Virus record (IMG/VR): IMGVR_UViG_3300027805_000006
Origin: a virus
Taxonomy: Duplodnaviria; Caudoviricetes
Length of the DNA: 64,000 nt
Reading direction: 5' to 3' (one strand)
The translations under genes were made by a program, and so were the position numbers. Each line of letters opens with the position of its first letter. Positions within the stretch are counted from its first letter, which is position 1. The notes beneath the pieces are model-generated. The model had not been told where the DNA came from. It did no database searches and saw only the letters and a list, made by a program, of their open reading frames with translations. This document shows positions 19,447-29,141 of the stretch, one piece after another.

Positions 19447-19713
19447 TTATTGCAGAGAAATGTGTTTTCTTGGAAAATGGTAATACCAAGCAATAACTAT
19501 CCACACCATCAAAGTAACAGAATTGTTTATGACTGCTGGAATTTTGTCTTCTGCTATGAAATAAAAGAGCGAGAAAAACATGCCCAGCCCCCACAACCAA
19601 ATCATTCCCGCAGATAGTCCTTTAGAATGTCCATTTTTGAAACTCATATAGGCCTGTGGAATAGCACAGAAAAGCAACAGCGTTTGGCCTATCCAGCCGA
19701 AAGCATCAGACAT
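19447..19713 (-). CDS. PQ-loop (SemiSWEET-like) small membrane protein
   Basis: Three TM helices; FCAIPQAY..GHSKGLS. Confidence 0.7.
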   Translation of the reverse strand: MSDAFGWIGQTLLLFCAIPQAYMSFKNGHSKGLSAGMIWLWGLGMFFSLFYFIAEDKIPAVINNSVTLMVWIVIAWYYHFPRKHISLQ

Positions 19714-19718
19714 AAATT

Positions 19719-20741
19719 TCAAAAAACTAAAGTTGAACGCTTTGACTTATTTCTAAGAGCGGTAATTCCGTCTGAAGCAGTTTGAGTTGGTTGGGCAGAA
19801 GATGTTTTCCCGTTCAGTGAAAAGAGTTCAATGAAGTGTGTAATGTCTTCACTGATTTTCTTTAAACCAAATTTACCACAAAACTTCTGCATTTCAAATA
19901 GTGAAAAGTGGCCATGATTATTTGCAGCGTGTTCAATAGTCTGACTAATCAAATGCCTAATTTCTTCGGGCTGCTTTTCCAAATTCATTAGCAACATGTT
20001 CTCTTCAAACAGATCACCTACTCGGAAGGTACGTTGCTCTCCACTGCTTGGATCGCTGAAGACCCACGTTTCATTGAAGAGGTTTGTACGATCATATTCA
20101 TTATTGAATGCTTTCTCAATTCGCGTCGAACGAACTCTTGGGAATGCAGACATTACGTTATCGCCTGCATCGCCCCGAAGAGCCTTTTCGAACATAAAGA
20201 AGTGGGGATCAATCTTATTTCCGGTTTTCTTATCAATTCCTCGTAGTGCGCCATCATCGGGGTTCATTAGAGAAACACCAGGAAGCTTCAAGAGTTGAAT
20301 GAAGTCCTTATCACCAGAAAGAATAACAACCTCATCACCCTTTGATGAATGGTGCTGAGCAAAACCTGCGATTAAGTCATCGCCTTCAAGACGCGGGTGA
20401 GAAAGACACACTAGCGAGGTATGTTGCCTAACCAGTTGTTCAAATGATCGAATTAATTCAAAGAACGGGATCATGCTGTCATCACGCACTCGATTTGCCT
20501 TATAGATGCGCTTTGACTGACATGTTTGCGACTTTGTGTATTCCTTGCGCCAGTTATCTGCACCTTCAAATGCAACTGCAATTTGATCTGGCTTTACCTT
20601 TCTATAAAAAGATTTAATCGAGTTTAATGCAGAATGCATACAGAGCCCAGCCAAATCTTCTGGATTACCAGTGTTGTACTTGGTATTTGCCGCCGCCACC
20701 CTGAAAAGGAGATTTGACGTATCAATAACTAGTCGTTTCAT
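19719..20741 (-). CDS. rnh: 5'-3' exonuclease / RNase H (T4 rnh-like)
   Basis: VIDTSN, EGDDLIA, ILSGDKDFIQL, GDAGDNV. Confidence 0.88.
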   Translation of the reverse strand: MKRLVIDTSNLLFRVAAANTKYNTGNPEDLAGLCMHSALNSIKSFYRKVKPDQIAVAFEGADNWRKEYTKSQTCQSKRIYKANRVRDDSMIPFFELIRSFEQLVRQHTSLVCLSHPRLEGDDLIAGFAQHHSSKGDEVVILSGDKDFIQLLKLPGVSLMNPDDGALRGIDKKTGNKIDPHFFMFEKALRGDAGDNVMSAFPRVRSTRIEKAFNNEYDRTNLFNETWVFSDPSSGEQRTFRVGDLFEENMLLMNLEKQPEEIRHLISQTIEHAANNHGHFSLFEMQKFCGKFGLKKISEDITHFIELFSLNGKTSSAQPTQTASDGITALRNKSKRSTLVF

Positions 20742-21046
20742 TATTTTGTGTTCCTAGAAGGTGCTTTTGCATTAGGCATTATACCATAAAATATGTGTTC
20801 AGCTATTTCTCCATGCTGTCTAGCAACAAATATTGCTTGATTTAGAAGGGGCTGCCAAGTAGGTAAGAGTGATGAATGCGCCCTGGTTACAGCGAGCACT
20901 TTTGCAAGTTCTTCTGGTTCATACCGAAAACATGCCGCAAGAAGTTCGCGAAGTTTAAGTTCTACCGCGCTGAAATCACTTTGAAGCAGAAGTTCGGTAA
21001 TTTCATCAACTGCCTGCTTAGTTTCAGATTTACACTGTTGCATCAC
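20741..21046 (-). CDS. hypothetical protein
   Basis: ORF track; coupled to its neighbours. Confidence 0.5.
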   Translation of the reverse strand: MMQQCKSETKQAVDEITELLLQSDFSAVELKLRELLAACFRYEPEELAKVLAVTRAHSSLLPTWQPLLNQAIFVARQHGEIAEHIFYGIMPNAKAPSRNTK

Positions 21047-21345
21047 TGCTTTAGCATATTTTGCGGTGCTGTCAAAGATGGGTGTGCATCTGATTGAACT
21101 GCTTCATCACCACCTAATGTCATCGGGCGAAGAGCAGAGGCGGTAAAGAACAGTTGAACCACATCCTCATCAGTTTCTGCTTGAAAACCCATCGCCTTGA
21201 TTTTGGTAATAAATGCTTCATTGTAATCAAACGCCATCTTAATTTTGCCATCAGCCTCAATAGCAGCAACTTCTAGCATTGCCCATGGCTCTTTTTGCTT
21301 TTGCTGGGACCTTGCAAAAAGCCGCCTTATTAGAGATTTTACCAC
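21043..21345 (-). CDS. hypothetical protein
   Basis: ORF track; overlapping start and stop. Confidence 0.6.
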   Translation of the reverse strand: MVKSLIRRLFARSQQKQKEPWAMLEVAAIEADGKIKMAFDYNEAFITKIKAMGFQAETDEDVVQLFFTASALRPMTLGGDEAVQSDAHPSLTAPQNMLKQ

Positions 21346-21701
21346 TTACCAACTCCAGATAGACTTTGAACTCCTGCCTTTAGGCGCTGAATTTCTGGCT
21401 CAATGACTTCACGAATGCGATCAACTAGGAGACTTTCAGCGAGAGTATTTGACACGCTGAATGTGATATCATTGGGGCTGTTGTTCGCAAATGACTGTGT
21501 TGAAACTGTAGCGGTGGTTCTCTTTCCGCCAAAAGCCAGTGTAACACGCACCTGCGATCCATCGCTTGAGATTTCTCCATTAACTACAGGCTTCCACTTT
21601 TCCACAAGCGGCTTCAGTTCAGAAACTTGTGACTGAAGGTATTGAATCTTCTCTTCTAAACGAGAAACATACTCAACTCGATTCTTTTCCATATCATCCA
21701 T
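21339..21701 (-). CDS. hypothetical protein
   Basis: ORF track; coiled-coil N-terminus. Confidence 0.6.
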   Translation of the reverse strand: MDDMEKNRVEYVSRLEEKIQYLQSQVSELKPLVEKWKPVVNGEISSDGSQVRVTLAFGGKRTTATVSTQSFANNSPNDITFSVSNTLAESLLVDRIREVIEPEIQRLKAGVQSLSGVGKW

Positions 21702-21702
21702 T

Positions 21703-22422
21703 TTATTCTCCGGTTGCTTGTGGCATAATAATGAGCAGGTGACCCCTTACATCTGCAGTTAGAGATCCACCCTCACCAATAACTAAACTAATTTCTTCAT
21801 TATCTCTTGCAATTGCATCAATTACTGATGTAAATCGATCAGCACTGTAGATGAATACAACTGATTCTTCCTGCTCGACAAATGATGCTTCTTTTTCAAG
21901 CACCACAACAAACTGATCATTGTTGCTGTCAGAACATTCAATTCTTACTTCTTTGTTTTTACCGACCTTGACGATAACATTTTCAGCAGAAAGCCCCTTC
22001 GCAGCCTTCACGAGTTGGCTTACTTCCTGTTTAGAAAGTTCAACTACTACATGAGGTACATCTGCATTTGCCTGTGGATACTTTTTATCAAGCAGGCTCA
22101 TTGCGGTGCATCTGAACTGCATCTTACTTTTTCCAGAAGAAAGAGTAATTAGCGTTACCTCATTGTCAGCATTTACCTTTAGGTCTGCTTCCATGTTTTC
22201 TGGAAAAAGATTTAAGCGCTTTTCAAACTCCATCAGCCTCCCAATACCAATCTTCAGGTCTTGTGCTACTGATAACTTGAGGTCGCTGATGATTGCTGCG
22301 TCTTTTTTGTCATTAACCCCCATGATCTTCTGGTTGGTCATGACCGCAAGTTCAATCCCCACTACCTTACAGGCACTTAGAGCAGAACGAATGTTTTGGA
22401 TATCAAGAGATGTAAGTTTCAT
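21703..22422 (-). CDS. DNA sliding clamp (T4 gp45-like)
   Basis: 239 aa, alternating alpha/beta pattern, immediately downstream of the polymerase; assignment by size and context. Confidence 0.6.
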   Translation of the reverse strand: MKLTSLDIQNIRSALSACKVVGIELAVMTNQKIMGVNDKKDAAIISDLKLSVAQDLKIGIGRLMEFEKRLNLFPENMEADLKVNADNEVTLITLSSGKSKMQFRCTAMSLLDKKYPQANADVPHVVVELSKQEVSQLVKAAKGLSAENVIVKVGKNKEVRIECSDSNNDQFVVVLEKEASFVEQEESVVFIYSADRFTSVIDAIARDNEEISLVIGEGGSLTADVRGHLLIIMPQATGE

Positions 22423-22481
22423 AATGTAATTATAACATAGTTGTTGATGTTTTGGATCATTGACCTGAGATTACACGGCGT

Positions 22482-23447
22482 TTAGAACTGTAAAAGCCGG
22501 TTAACGATTGCTTTCTGGGGTGTTGGAATTTCCCAGTTTAGCGCAGCAAAAATGCCTTCGAGTTTTGCATCGATCATTTTTTGTTCAGTCAGTTTTATAT
22601 CAACTGCAAAGTTTTCATTGAACCATTTAGGAAATTCGTACGTGTCGGCAGGAAATCCAAGTGCCTTTAAACCTTCTTGATTTGACTTTAGATAGAAGAT
22701 AATAACCTTATCTCCCGATTTAATAAGTTTAGCACCTTCTTCAAAGCGTTGTACCAAGTCATTGTAGTTCATTGCTGCACGAATATGACCGGGAACTGCT
22801 TGCGGATCTCCAGTGATTGCGATCTTTCCACCAATAGGTCGACCTGCTCTCCGCCAAGCAGCATAAAATGCATCGAGGTTGTTCGCTTGCTTAGCAATTC
22901 CCATGGAGAAAATGTCTCCATTCGGGTTAAGTAACTGCTTGCGCTTTTCGTTCACAAACTTTTCAACTTCTGCATACGTCTTACCATCAAGCAGCAGTCC
23001 CATTAGGTCCTTCAAAAATTGTTGAATGGCCTTGGGTGTATCTGCTTTCTTAATTTCGGATCCTTGGGTTTTTAGTTTATCGACTGACATTCCCTCTAGA
23101 TCAATGACGCGGAGTACGTACTTCTTCTTTGCTTGAAATATGCCACGAACTGCAACAACTTCCCGCCCCGCCTTGATCAGTTCATCAAAAGATGGCTGGC
23201 AATTAAAAGTTTTACGCATAAAATCTGGAAAACTTTCATTTGCAATCCGTGCAGTTTCATCTGCAACTGCAATGGCCTCTTCCTTATTAGATGCGTGTGT
23301 CTTGAAATAACAACTATTGTGAACGAGAATATCGTTTGCAAAAAAGTACGGTGTATTTGCATCCTCCATGATAACGTCATAGACGTATTCGTCATCGAAG
23401 TCATCAAGTTGCTCTACACTTTTTATTTTTTGTCTTTTAATTTCCAT
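22482..23447 (-). CDS. gp43: family B DNA polymerase C-terminal part, preceded by 44-aa C-intein
   Basis: YVYDV...FFANDILVHN|SCYF, then KKKY, KTQGSEIKK. Confidence 0.92.
   Translation of the reverse strand: MEIKRQKIKSVEQLDDFDDEYVYDVIMEDANTPYFFANDILVHNSCYFKTHASNKEEAIAVADETARIANESFPDFMRKTFNCQPSFDELIKAGREVVAVRGIFQAKKKYVLRVIDLEGMSVDKLKTQGSEIKKADTPKAIQQFLKDLMGLLLDGKTYAEVEKFVNEKRKQLLNPNGDIFSMGIAKQANNLDAFYAAWRRAGRPIGGKIAITGDPQAVPGHIRAAMNYNDLVQRFEEGAKLIKSGDKVIIFYLKSNQEGLKALGFPADTYEFPKWFNENFAVDIKLTEQKMIDAKLEGIFAALNWEIPTPQKAIVNRLLQF
23316..23447 (-). mobile_element. split intein C-half (IntC, 44 aa)
   Basis: Block F YVYDV and block G ILVHN followed by Ser+1. Confidence 0.92.
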
Positions 23448-24429
23448 TTAGCCACCTAATAGTATTTTTAATTACATTATTTTTATCACATTTCCATTCA
23501 TTTTCCCAAATAACCATAACATCATATCCAGCCTTTTTTGCGCTCAGATGTTTTTTACAATCGCTTTCCCAAATTTGTAATGCAGTTTTTTGTTTTACCG
23601 CATGAAAAAAATCAGGTTTATATTTTAAAGGATTACAATGCCAATAATCTCCATTAAATTCTATCACTTTTTTGTCTCTACCAAAATCAAAACACCCGGG
23701 TATTCCTGAAATATGAAATTGATAGGATAATTTATCAACGAGATGCAAGTTCAACTCTGTTAATACTTCTTTTTCTAAACCATTTTTGAATTCAAGACAA
23801 TTTCTACCTCTACAAAAATCAGAAAATCTTCTTAATCCATCGTCAATTCCATATTTTTCGATGAAGTATTCTTTGCTAGTAGTGTATTTTTGTCTTTCAC
23901 AATATTCTTTCCATTTGATCAATCCAGCAGTTTCGCCGTGTCTTAATACGAAATTTTCAAGTGTGCAGGCTCTACTTTCATTAAATTTATTAAAGTCATT
24001 TTTAGACCAACCATATTTTTCTACTTTATACTCGAATGTGTTTGTTTCTGCTTGCCTATTTTTATACTTTTGCCATCTCAATGCACCATCATCTTCTCCA
24101 TATTTGTCAATCATTTTTTCACGTGTTATGGCAGTATTCTTTGCGAGATTTGGCGCAACTGTTGGAAAACCTGGAAATTTTTCTACATATTCAGTAATGC
24201 TTTTGATAGTGCATTTATATCTAAAATGGGTGTGTTGCAGCCGTGTTGTGATAGCGCCACACTGCTGACACTTAATAGCATTACCATTAAGCACTTCATT
24301 TTCTAAATCACCTTGATTCAGAGTTACTCGTTTTCGTGTTGAAATATTTTGCCACTTTTTTAGTCCTATTTCTTCTCCATATCTTTGGATGTAATCAGCC
24401 TTCGATAATATCTGACCTTTGCGCGGCAT
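23437..24429 (-). CDS. free-standing homing endonuclease, Vsr-like/EDxHD type
   Basis: Repeated EKYG/RYGEE..G..KW N-terminal units; VIEFNGDYWH..D..K..GYDVMVIWE. Confidence 0.75.
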   Translation of the reverse strand: MPRKGQILSKADYIQRYGEEIGLKKWQNISTRKRVTLNQGDLENEVLNGNAIKCQQCGAITTRLQHTHFRYKCTIKSITEYVEKFPGFPTVAPNLAKNTAITREKMIDKYGEDDGALRWQKYKNRQAETNTFEYKVEKYGWSKNDFNKFNESRACTLENFVLRHGETAGLIKWKEYCERQKYTTSKEYFIEKYGIDDGLRRFSDFCRGRNCLEFKNGLEKEVLTELNLHLVDKLSYQFHISGIPGCFDFGRDKKVIEFNGDYWHCNPLKYKPDFFHAVKQKTALQIWESDCKKHLSAKKAGYDVMVIWENEWKCDKNNVIKNTIRWLNGN

Positions 24430-24450
24430 TTTTATTCCCCATAAAACTAT

Positions 24451-24458
24451 TATTTATA
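24451..24458 (-). promoter_or_regulatory. T4-type late promoter TATAAATA for the endonuclease
   Basis: Perfect TATAAATA in the 45-nt gap between the PolN stop and the endonuclease start. Confidence 0.75.
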
Positions 24459-24474
24459 GAGATATCAGCATAGA

Positions 24475-26721
24475 TTAGATTATAGATATAAAATCATCCG
24501 ATTTCAAAATTTCTGAAGGTTTAACCTCTACCAATTTGCCATCTCGCTCAACCATAATAGAGTGGTCATTTGTTACTTCCACAGTCTTTCCATCTTCAAG
24601 AGTAACTCGCCACCGTGCTTTAGACACTTTGTGTCTGTATACGGCTTTCACATTCATGTATTCGATATTATTTTTTGAGAACGACAGCGCTTTCAAGTTG
24701 GTTAATCCTTCACCAAATTGCTTACCATTTTCTCTTTCGGTTTTAATTGGACACGCATGGAAGAGCGCCTCGAGCGCCAGCGTACCATAATTAGTTTTGA
24801 CTTCTGATTGACCAATAAGAGAGTCAGTATCACCATAAATTACGGTGTTGCTGTCTGCAATATACGTATGCACGAATTTACCGTCAGCATCAACTTCAGA
24901 GTGCTTTTCCATTTTCATTGGAGCATCTGGTTCAAGCAGCGAGTGGATAGTTTCCATCATGTGGGTAGTAATCGCTCTACCGCAGGCAGTAACTGATGCG
25001 CCTAGTTCTTTTCTACCAAACCTGAAATGCGGAGATAGAAGAGCGCCGTATGTTGAGTTCAACTGAATTTTTTTCGTAAGTTGCAAAAGGTCGTAATGCT
25101 CCACCTGTCTCTCAGCGTGAGAGAGGGCGGCTGCATCGCTACCTTCTTCCTTCAACTTCTTTGCCTTCTTCGCCCACTTCTTTTTCTCAGCCTGAAGTCT
25201 CTTACGCTCGGCAAACCAGAAGGTGAGGGTATCCGGAACAATTCCTAGACCATTTCCTTGATCGAACACGCTGCCATACGCAGAGACTGCCCACTTCTTT
25301 TCTGCAAACAGTTTACGCCAATCATCTCCAGATGCTTCAAACACTTCACCGTCATCGAAGCGAAGAGAGTGTGGAAGACTATCTAGGTCAACCATAATTC
25401 CACGCCAATCAACTTCACCGTTCATAAACTGTCCCACAAACTTTTCAGGTGAGATGTTTATGGAGCGAATAACCGACGGGTACAGTGAAGTGATGTCAAC
25501 CGATCCAATCCACTCGTGCATTCCGATGTGTGGGTTTAGAACGAGAGCACCCTCAACTTTGTCTTCTTCAACAGCAGGTCGCTTGTCAGGAACAATCAGG
25601 TTATGGACGTTATGTGTGCGAACCGCAATTCCAGTTTCAACGTAGCGCACAGTGCCAAGTAGGTCTGCAAAAAGCACGCAGTTTTCGTGCGCCATCTGAT
25701 TTACTAGTTGAATAAATTTGAACTTCTGATCAAGGTCAACTAGTCCGCTGACGTCACGTATGTTATAGACGGTAAACCTTCTAAAATCATTTTTATAGAG
25801 TTGCTCTAGTGTGCCCTCATAGTGAATTTTAGATAGCCCTATTTCTTCTTGCAGAATATTTCCAAGTGAATATGACGTTCTTCCCTCGAAGGTAAACTTC
25901 TTGAATAGGTCAAGATAGTCAAGGTGGGTTCGCCCACTGAGCACGTAGATCTGTTCCTGTGCACCAAATCTTTCAACTTGCTTTGGCTTTGGAGGAGGGC
26001 ACCCCATGAAACACAACCTGTTAAGAAGATGTGGTGCCTGAAGTTCAATGCGCTTCACAATATAGGGTAAATCATAGAACTCGGAGTTCCATCCACTAAT
26101 AATATCAGCGTCTTGAATATCTGCAATTAGACACTCAAGCAGTTCAACTTCGTGCTTACAAATTTTGATTGTCAGATTTTCTACGGGTTTTAATTCGCCC
26201 TTCTTAGTTAACTCTTCAATTTCAGCATAGAGATCTTCCTCAGTTCCTGCCCAAACTGTTTTATCATCCTTAATGGGGCGCAGCACATATGTGTTGTAGC
26301 GCTTCGACCAGGATTGGAAGATAGTTACTGCATTGATGCGCGCATATGCATTAGCAGGACCAGCAAATCCTATCTTTGACGAATAATCAACCTCAATATC
26401 GATAAAGGCATAATTGACGACTGGAGTTGGAACGTCGTAGTATTCATTCATCAACACTTTGAAAAGTGGAGGAATGTCACTTTCATACTTCTTCGCATAT
26501 TGTCTTGATGCCTGCTTAAACTCATCTTCAGTATCAAAATCAAGACGCTCAAGTATCTGCCCATCGATACCTGCATACTTCCCCTTTTCACTCGGGGCAT
26601 AGAAGTAGTATGGGATATCAAAGAAACGACGCTGGCGCCCATGCTCGTTTCTTTCCCAGACAACAATCTTGTTGTTGTCCCAGTCGCGAACTGCGCCTAC
26701 ATATGACATTTTATTGGTCAC
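24475..26721 (-). CDS. gp43: family B DNA polymerase N-terminal part ending in 115-aa N-intein
   Basis: Exo motifs DIEVD, NSEFYDLPY, YNIRD; region II DITSLYPS; KIQLNSTYG; YGDTD|SLIG. Confidence 0.93.
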   Translation of the reverse strand: MTNKMSYVGAVRDWDNNKIVVWERNEHGRQRRFFDIPYYFYAPSEKGKYAGIDGQILERLDFDTEDEFKQASRQYAKKYESDIPPLFKVLMNEYYDVPTPVVNYAFIDIEVDYSSKIGFAGPANAYARINAVTIFQSWSKRYNTYVLRPIKDDKTVWAGTEEDLYAEIEELTKKGELKPVENLTIKICKHEVELLECLIADIQDADIISGWNSEFYDLPYIVKRIELQAPHLLNRLCFMGCPPPKPKQVERFGAQEQIYVLSGRTHLDYLDLFKKFTFEGRTSYSLGNILQEEIGLSKIHYEGTLEQLYKNDFRRFTVYNIRDVSGLVDLDQKFKFIQLVNQMAHENCVLFADLLGTVRYVETGIAVRTHNVHNLIVPDKRPAVEEDKVEGALVLNPHIGMHEWIGSVDITSLYPSVIRSINISPEKFVGQFMNGEVDWRGIMVDLDSLPHSLRFDDGEVFEASGDDWRKLFAEKKWAVSAYGSVFDQGNGLGIVPDTLTFWFAERKRLQAEKKKWAKKAKKLKEEGSDAAALSHAERQVEHYDLLQLTKKIQLNSTYGALLSPHFRFGRKELGASVTACGRAITTHMMETIHSLLEPDAPMKMEKHSEVDADGKFVHTYIADSNTVIYGDTDSLIGQSEVKTNYGTLALEALFHACPIKTERENGKQFGEGLTNLKALSFSKNNIEYMNVKAVYRHKVSKARWRVTLEDGKTVEVTNDHSIMVERDGKLVEVKPSEILKSDDFISII
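24478..24822 (-). mobile_element. split intein N-half (IntN, 115 aa, Ser1)
   Basis: Starts SLIGQSEV directly after YGDTD; block B VTNDHS. Confidence 0.9.
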
Positions 26722-27043
26722 TGTTATATTCTAGTTGAGCATCGCCCATAATTAGTTCAACCATGGATAGTTGTTGCTCGAGCCCTTCACGACGCTGCTG
26801 ATAGTCATTATTGAAAACACAAGAAACATAACTATTGAACAGTTGTGGCTTGAGAGAAAGATCTTCAAGAGCTGCCTCGCGCAGCGCCTTAATTGTCTGC
26901 TGCTCACCTGCAATCTTTGCCTTGCACTGTACTGCCTCATCTACTAGATTTGACAACTTTGACTTCATTACGGGGTCTCGCATAATCTCTTCAATAGTAC
27001 GAAACTTCTTCTGCTTTACTTCTACCAATTGACGCTTTGTCAT
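26711..27043 (-). CDS. dsDNA-binding protein (T4 DsbA-like)
   Basis: Helical 110-aa ORF with AGGAG RBS; pattern and position next to the polymerase resemble DsbA. Confidence 0.5.
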   Translation of the reverse strand: MTKRQLVEVKQKKFRTIEEIMRDPVMKSKLSNLVDEAVQCKAKIAGEQQTIKALREAALEDLSLKPQLFNSYVSCVFNNDYQQRREGLEQQLSMVELIMGDAQLEYNSDQ

Positions 27044-27074
27044 GATTTTCTCCTGTGAAAATGACAGTATAGGT

Positions 27075-27103
27075 ATTATATCAAAATACCAGAAAAAGAA
27101 CAC
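27075..27103 (-). promoter_or_regulatory. early-type promoter GTGTTC-N17-TATAAT
   Basis: Variant of the GT(G/T)TAC motif with correct spacing. Confidence 0.45.
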
Positions 27104-27116
27104 CTTGCGATAAAGG

Positions 27117-27572
27117 TTAGTTAAGTGATATCTCTTTTGCTTCTTCCGACGAAGCAAACAAGCGCGCCTGACCCACGGCACTTATGTGACCTGTTTTTTC
27201 CATATTTTTGCGGTATATCCAAAGCCTTGATATTTCTCCAAGCTCCCAATCCTTAGATAAAGTTGGAGTTCCAGAGTGCTGTGGGTTTACCTCTGATCCA
27301 ACTTTAAAATCTTCCTGCTGCAGATTGTATTTCTTTACTACTTCTTCCATAAGTGATCTGCAAGAAGAAGCGCATTCATCAAATGATGAAAATTTCCTTG
27401 AGCCGCAAGAAAAGGTATGGATGCCAGGATATTTCTCCTGGAAAATGTCAATACCTAATTCTTCCGATTTTAACTTAATAACGGCAGTATAGGTGAATGA
27501 CCTTGCAAATCGTTCAGTTTGGGAGAAATTGTTCATATGATGATATGATTTCGCTGTATGCTGGTAATTCAA
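27117..27572 (-). CDS. hypothetical protein
   Basis: ORF track; start uncertain. Confidence 0.5.
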   Translation of the reverse strand: MNYQHTAKSYHHMNNFSQTERFARSFTYTAVIKLKSEELGIDIFQEKYPGIHTFSCGSRKFSSFDECASSCRSLMEEVVKKYNLQQEDFKVGSEVNPQHSGTPTLSKDWELGEISRLWIYRKNMEKTGHISAVGQARLFASSEEAKEISLN

Positions 27573-27972
27573 ATGGATGGAACTGTGCTAAAAACACACC
27601 AATTGGCTTATCATCCTTTTTCATCTCAATATGCTTGACTGTAAATGGATTTCCATTGAAACCAACAAATCTAAGATTATCAGACTTCATCTGTGCGTCA
27701 AGTACTGCATCAACTTCATCAAGGCTCTGTGGAATAAAAATAGGATTAAATTTTTCCGAAAATGAAATTTCTTCCGGCAGAACTGCTCTTACCTTCCCAG
27801 CAGTATCATCTAGGTTATTAAGGGCTTCTATGTCAGTGCTAAAATCGTTTGACATAATGGTCAATTCAACAACATCAGCAGCAATGGAAGGAAATAATTC
27901 CTGCATCACACTCTGTGCTGCTTCATCTCGAAAAAAGCCAGTAAAGAAGCAGGGTGTTGGCGCTTCAATCAT
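27514..27972 (-). CDS. hypothetical protein
   Basis: ORF track; ATGA-type overlap at 27969-27972. Confidence 0.55.
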   Translation of the reverse strand: MIEAPTPCFFTGFFRDEAAQSVMQELFPSIAADVVELTIMSNDFSTDIEALNNLDDTAGKVRAVLPEEISFSEKFNPIFIPQSLDEVDAVLDAQMKSDNLRFVGFNGNPFTVKHIEMKKDDKPIGVFLAQFHPFELPAYSEIISSYEQFLPN

Positions 27973-29141
27973 ACGTCAGGGCCTACTACTATTTTTCCTT
28001 CTACAAGAATCTGTTCATCGACGCCGGCTATACGTGTTTTTATGGTTGGCTCTAAATTAAATTTCATAATGCGTGCTGCTGGGAAGAATGTTTCTAGCGA
28101 GGTCTGCGTAACTTCAAGCCGCAACTGACCTTCAACATTATGGTATTTTAGATAGTCTTTATTTGAGTCAAGGGAAGAAAGTGGGATGAAGATATTTGAA
28201 TATCTATCAAGTTTTGTATATGGGCTTCGTGCGAGCAAAAAAGCCGTATCTGCATATGGAGCAGTAGGACCACTTCCAATCGTAATAACTGGTGTTGAAG
28301 CAGATGGGAAAAGAATAGTGTCTTTGTTCAACTGAACATTATTCTCAACATCAAAAGTAAATAAGTAGTAGTTTTCCCAGGCACTTGAAGTTGAAGAAAA
28401 TATCTGAATATGAGATACGTTTTCCCAAGCGCCAGTGTTTATGCGATTTGGGTCATCCTTGTTGCGGTTAAAGATAAGCGACTCAACAATTGATGGTTGC
28501 ATCTTTGAAACAATAACATCAACTTGATATGTTCCAACAGGAAGGACAGGAGTATTGAACTTAACGGTATTTGATGGAACAGAAGAGGTAGGAGTTCCAT
28601 CATCTAGTTGATAGTCCTGTGGCCCAAGCCCCTGTTCAAGTTTTACACCATTCAAATAGACTTCTACAACATCTGGGTCTGATCCCCAAGCAGTAAATTT
28701 TAGTGTCTTTTGCGTAACTGCGTCCTCAACCCCCGCAAGTGTTGAAAATTCACTTGCTCTTCGGAAGATATATTGCTTGTACTCCTTGGGAGTATCGTTC
28801 TTAGTCTCAAGCACCAGCATTGCTGTGTCAGTCACGAGAGGTGCTGTAGCAAGTTTTACTGCCAGCACCAATTGCTGCTTAGTTCCTGTTGATGTATCAA
28901 CAAGCACTTCTGCCTCTAATTCATACACCGTGTCTTTACTTTGCCCGCGCGGGTACCAATCAACAACTCCTACTTCAGGTGTAGAGGTAATTTCACGGTT
29001 ACTGCGGTATTCTACTGGAGAAAGTTTGCCTCGGCAATTTAGAGTAATTACGCACCTGTCTGGAGTAAATCTGGAGTTATCAACTAATCTGTCAATTGTT
29101 CTCCTGCAGGTATCACATTCAAGTCTAATGTATTTTTTCAT
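27969..29141 (-). CDS. hypothetical beta-rich protein with N-terminal CxxC
   Basis: 390-aa ORF; ECDTC; EVYLNGV segment. Confidence 0.6.
   Translation of the reverse strand: MKKYIRLECDTCRRTIDRLVDNSRFTPDRCVITLNCRGKLSPVEYRSNREITSTPEVGVVDWYPRGQSKDTVYELEAEVLVDTSTGTKQQLVLAVKLATAPLVTDTAMLVLETKNDTPKEYKQYIFRRASEFSTLAGVEDAVTQKTLKFTAWGSDPDVVEVYLNGVKLEQGLGPQDYQLDDGTPTSSVPSNTVKFNTPVLPVGTYQVDVIVSKMQPSIVESLIFNRNKDDPNRINTGAWENVSHIQIFSSTSSAWENYYLFTFDVENNVQLNKDTILFPSASTPVITIGSGPTAPYADTAFLLARSPYTKLDRYSNIFIPLSSLDSNKDYLKYHNVEGQLRLEVTQTSLETFFPAARIMKFNLEPTIKTRIAGVDEQILVEGKIVVGPDV

Noticed and set aside
23437-24475. Group I intron interrupting the polymerase
   Set aside because: Both flanking ORFs carry intein termini, the non-coding gap is only 45 nt, and no intron core is visible.
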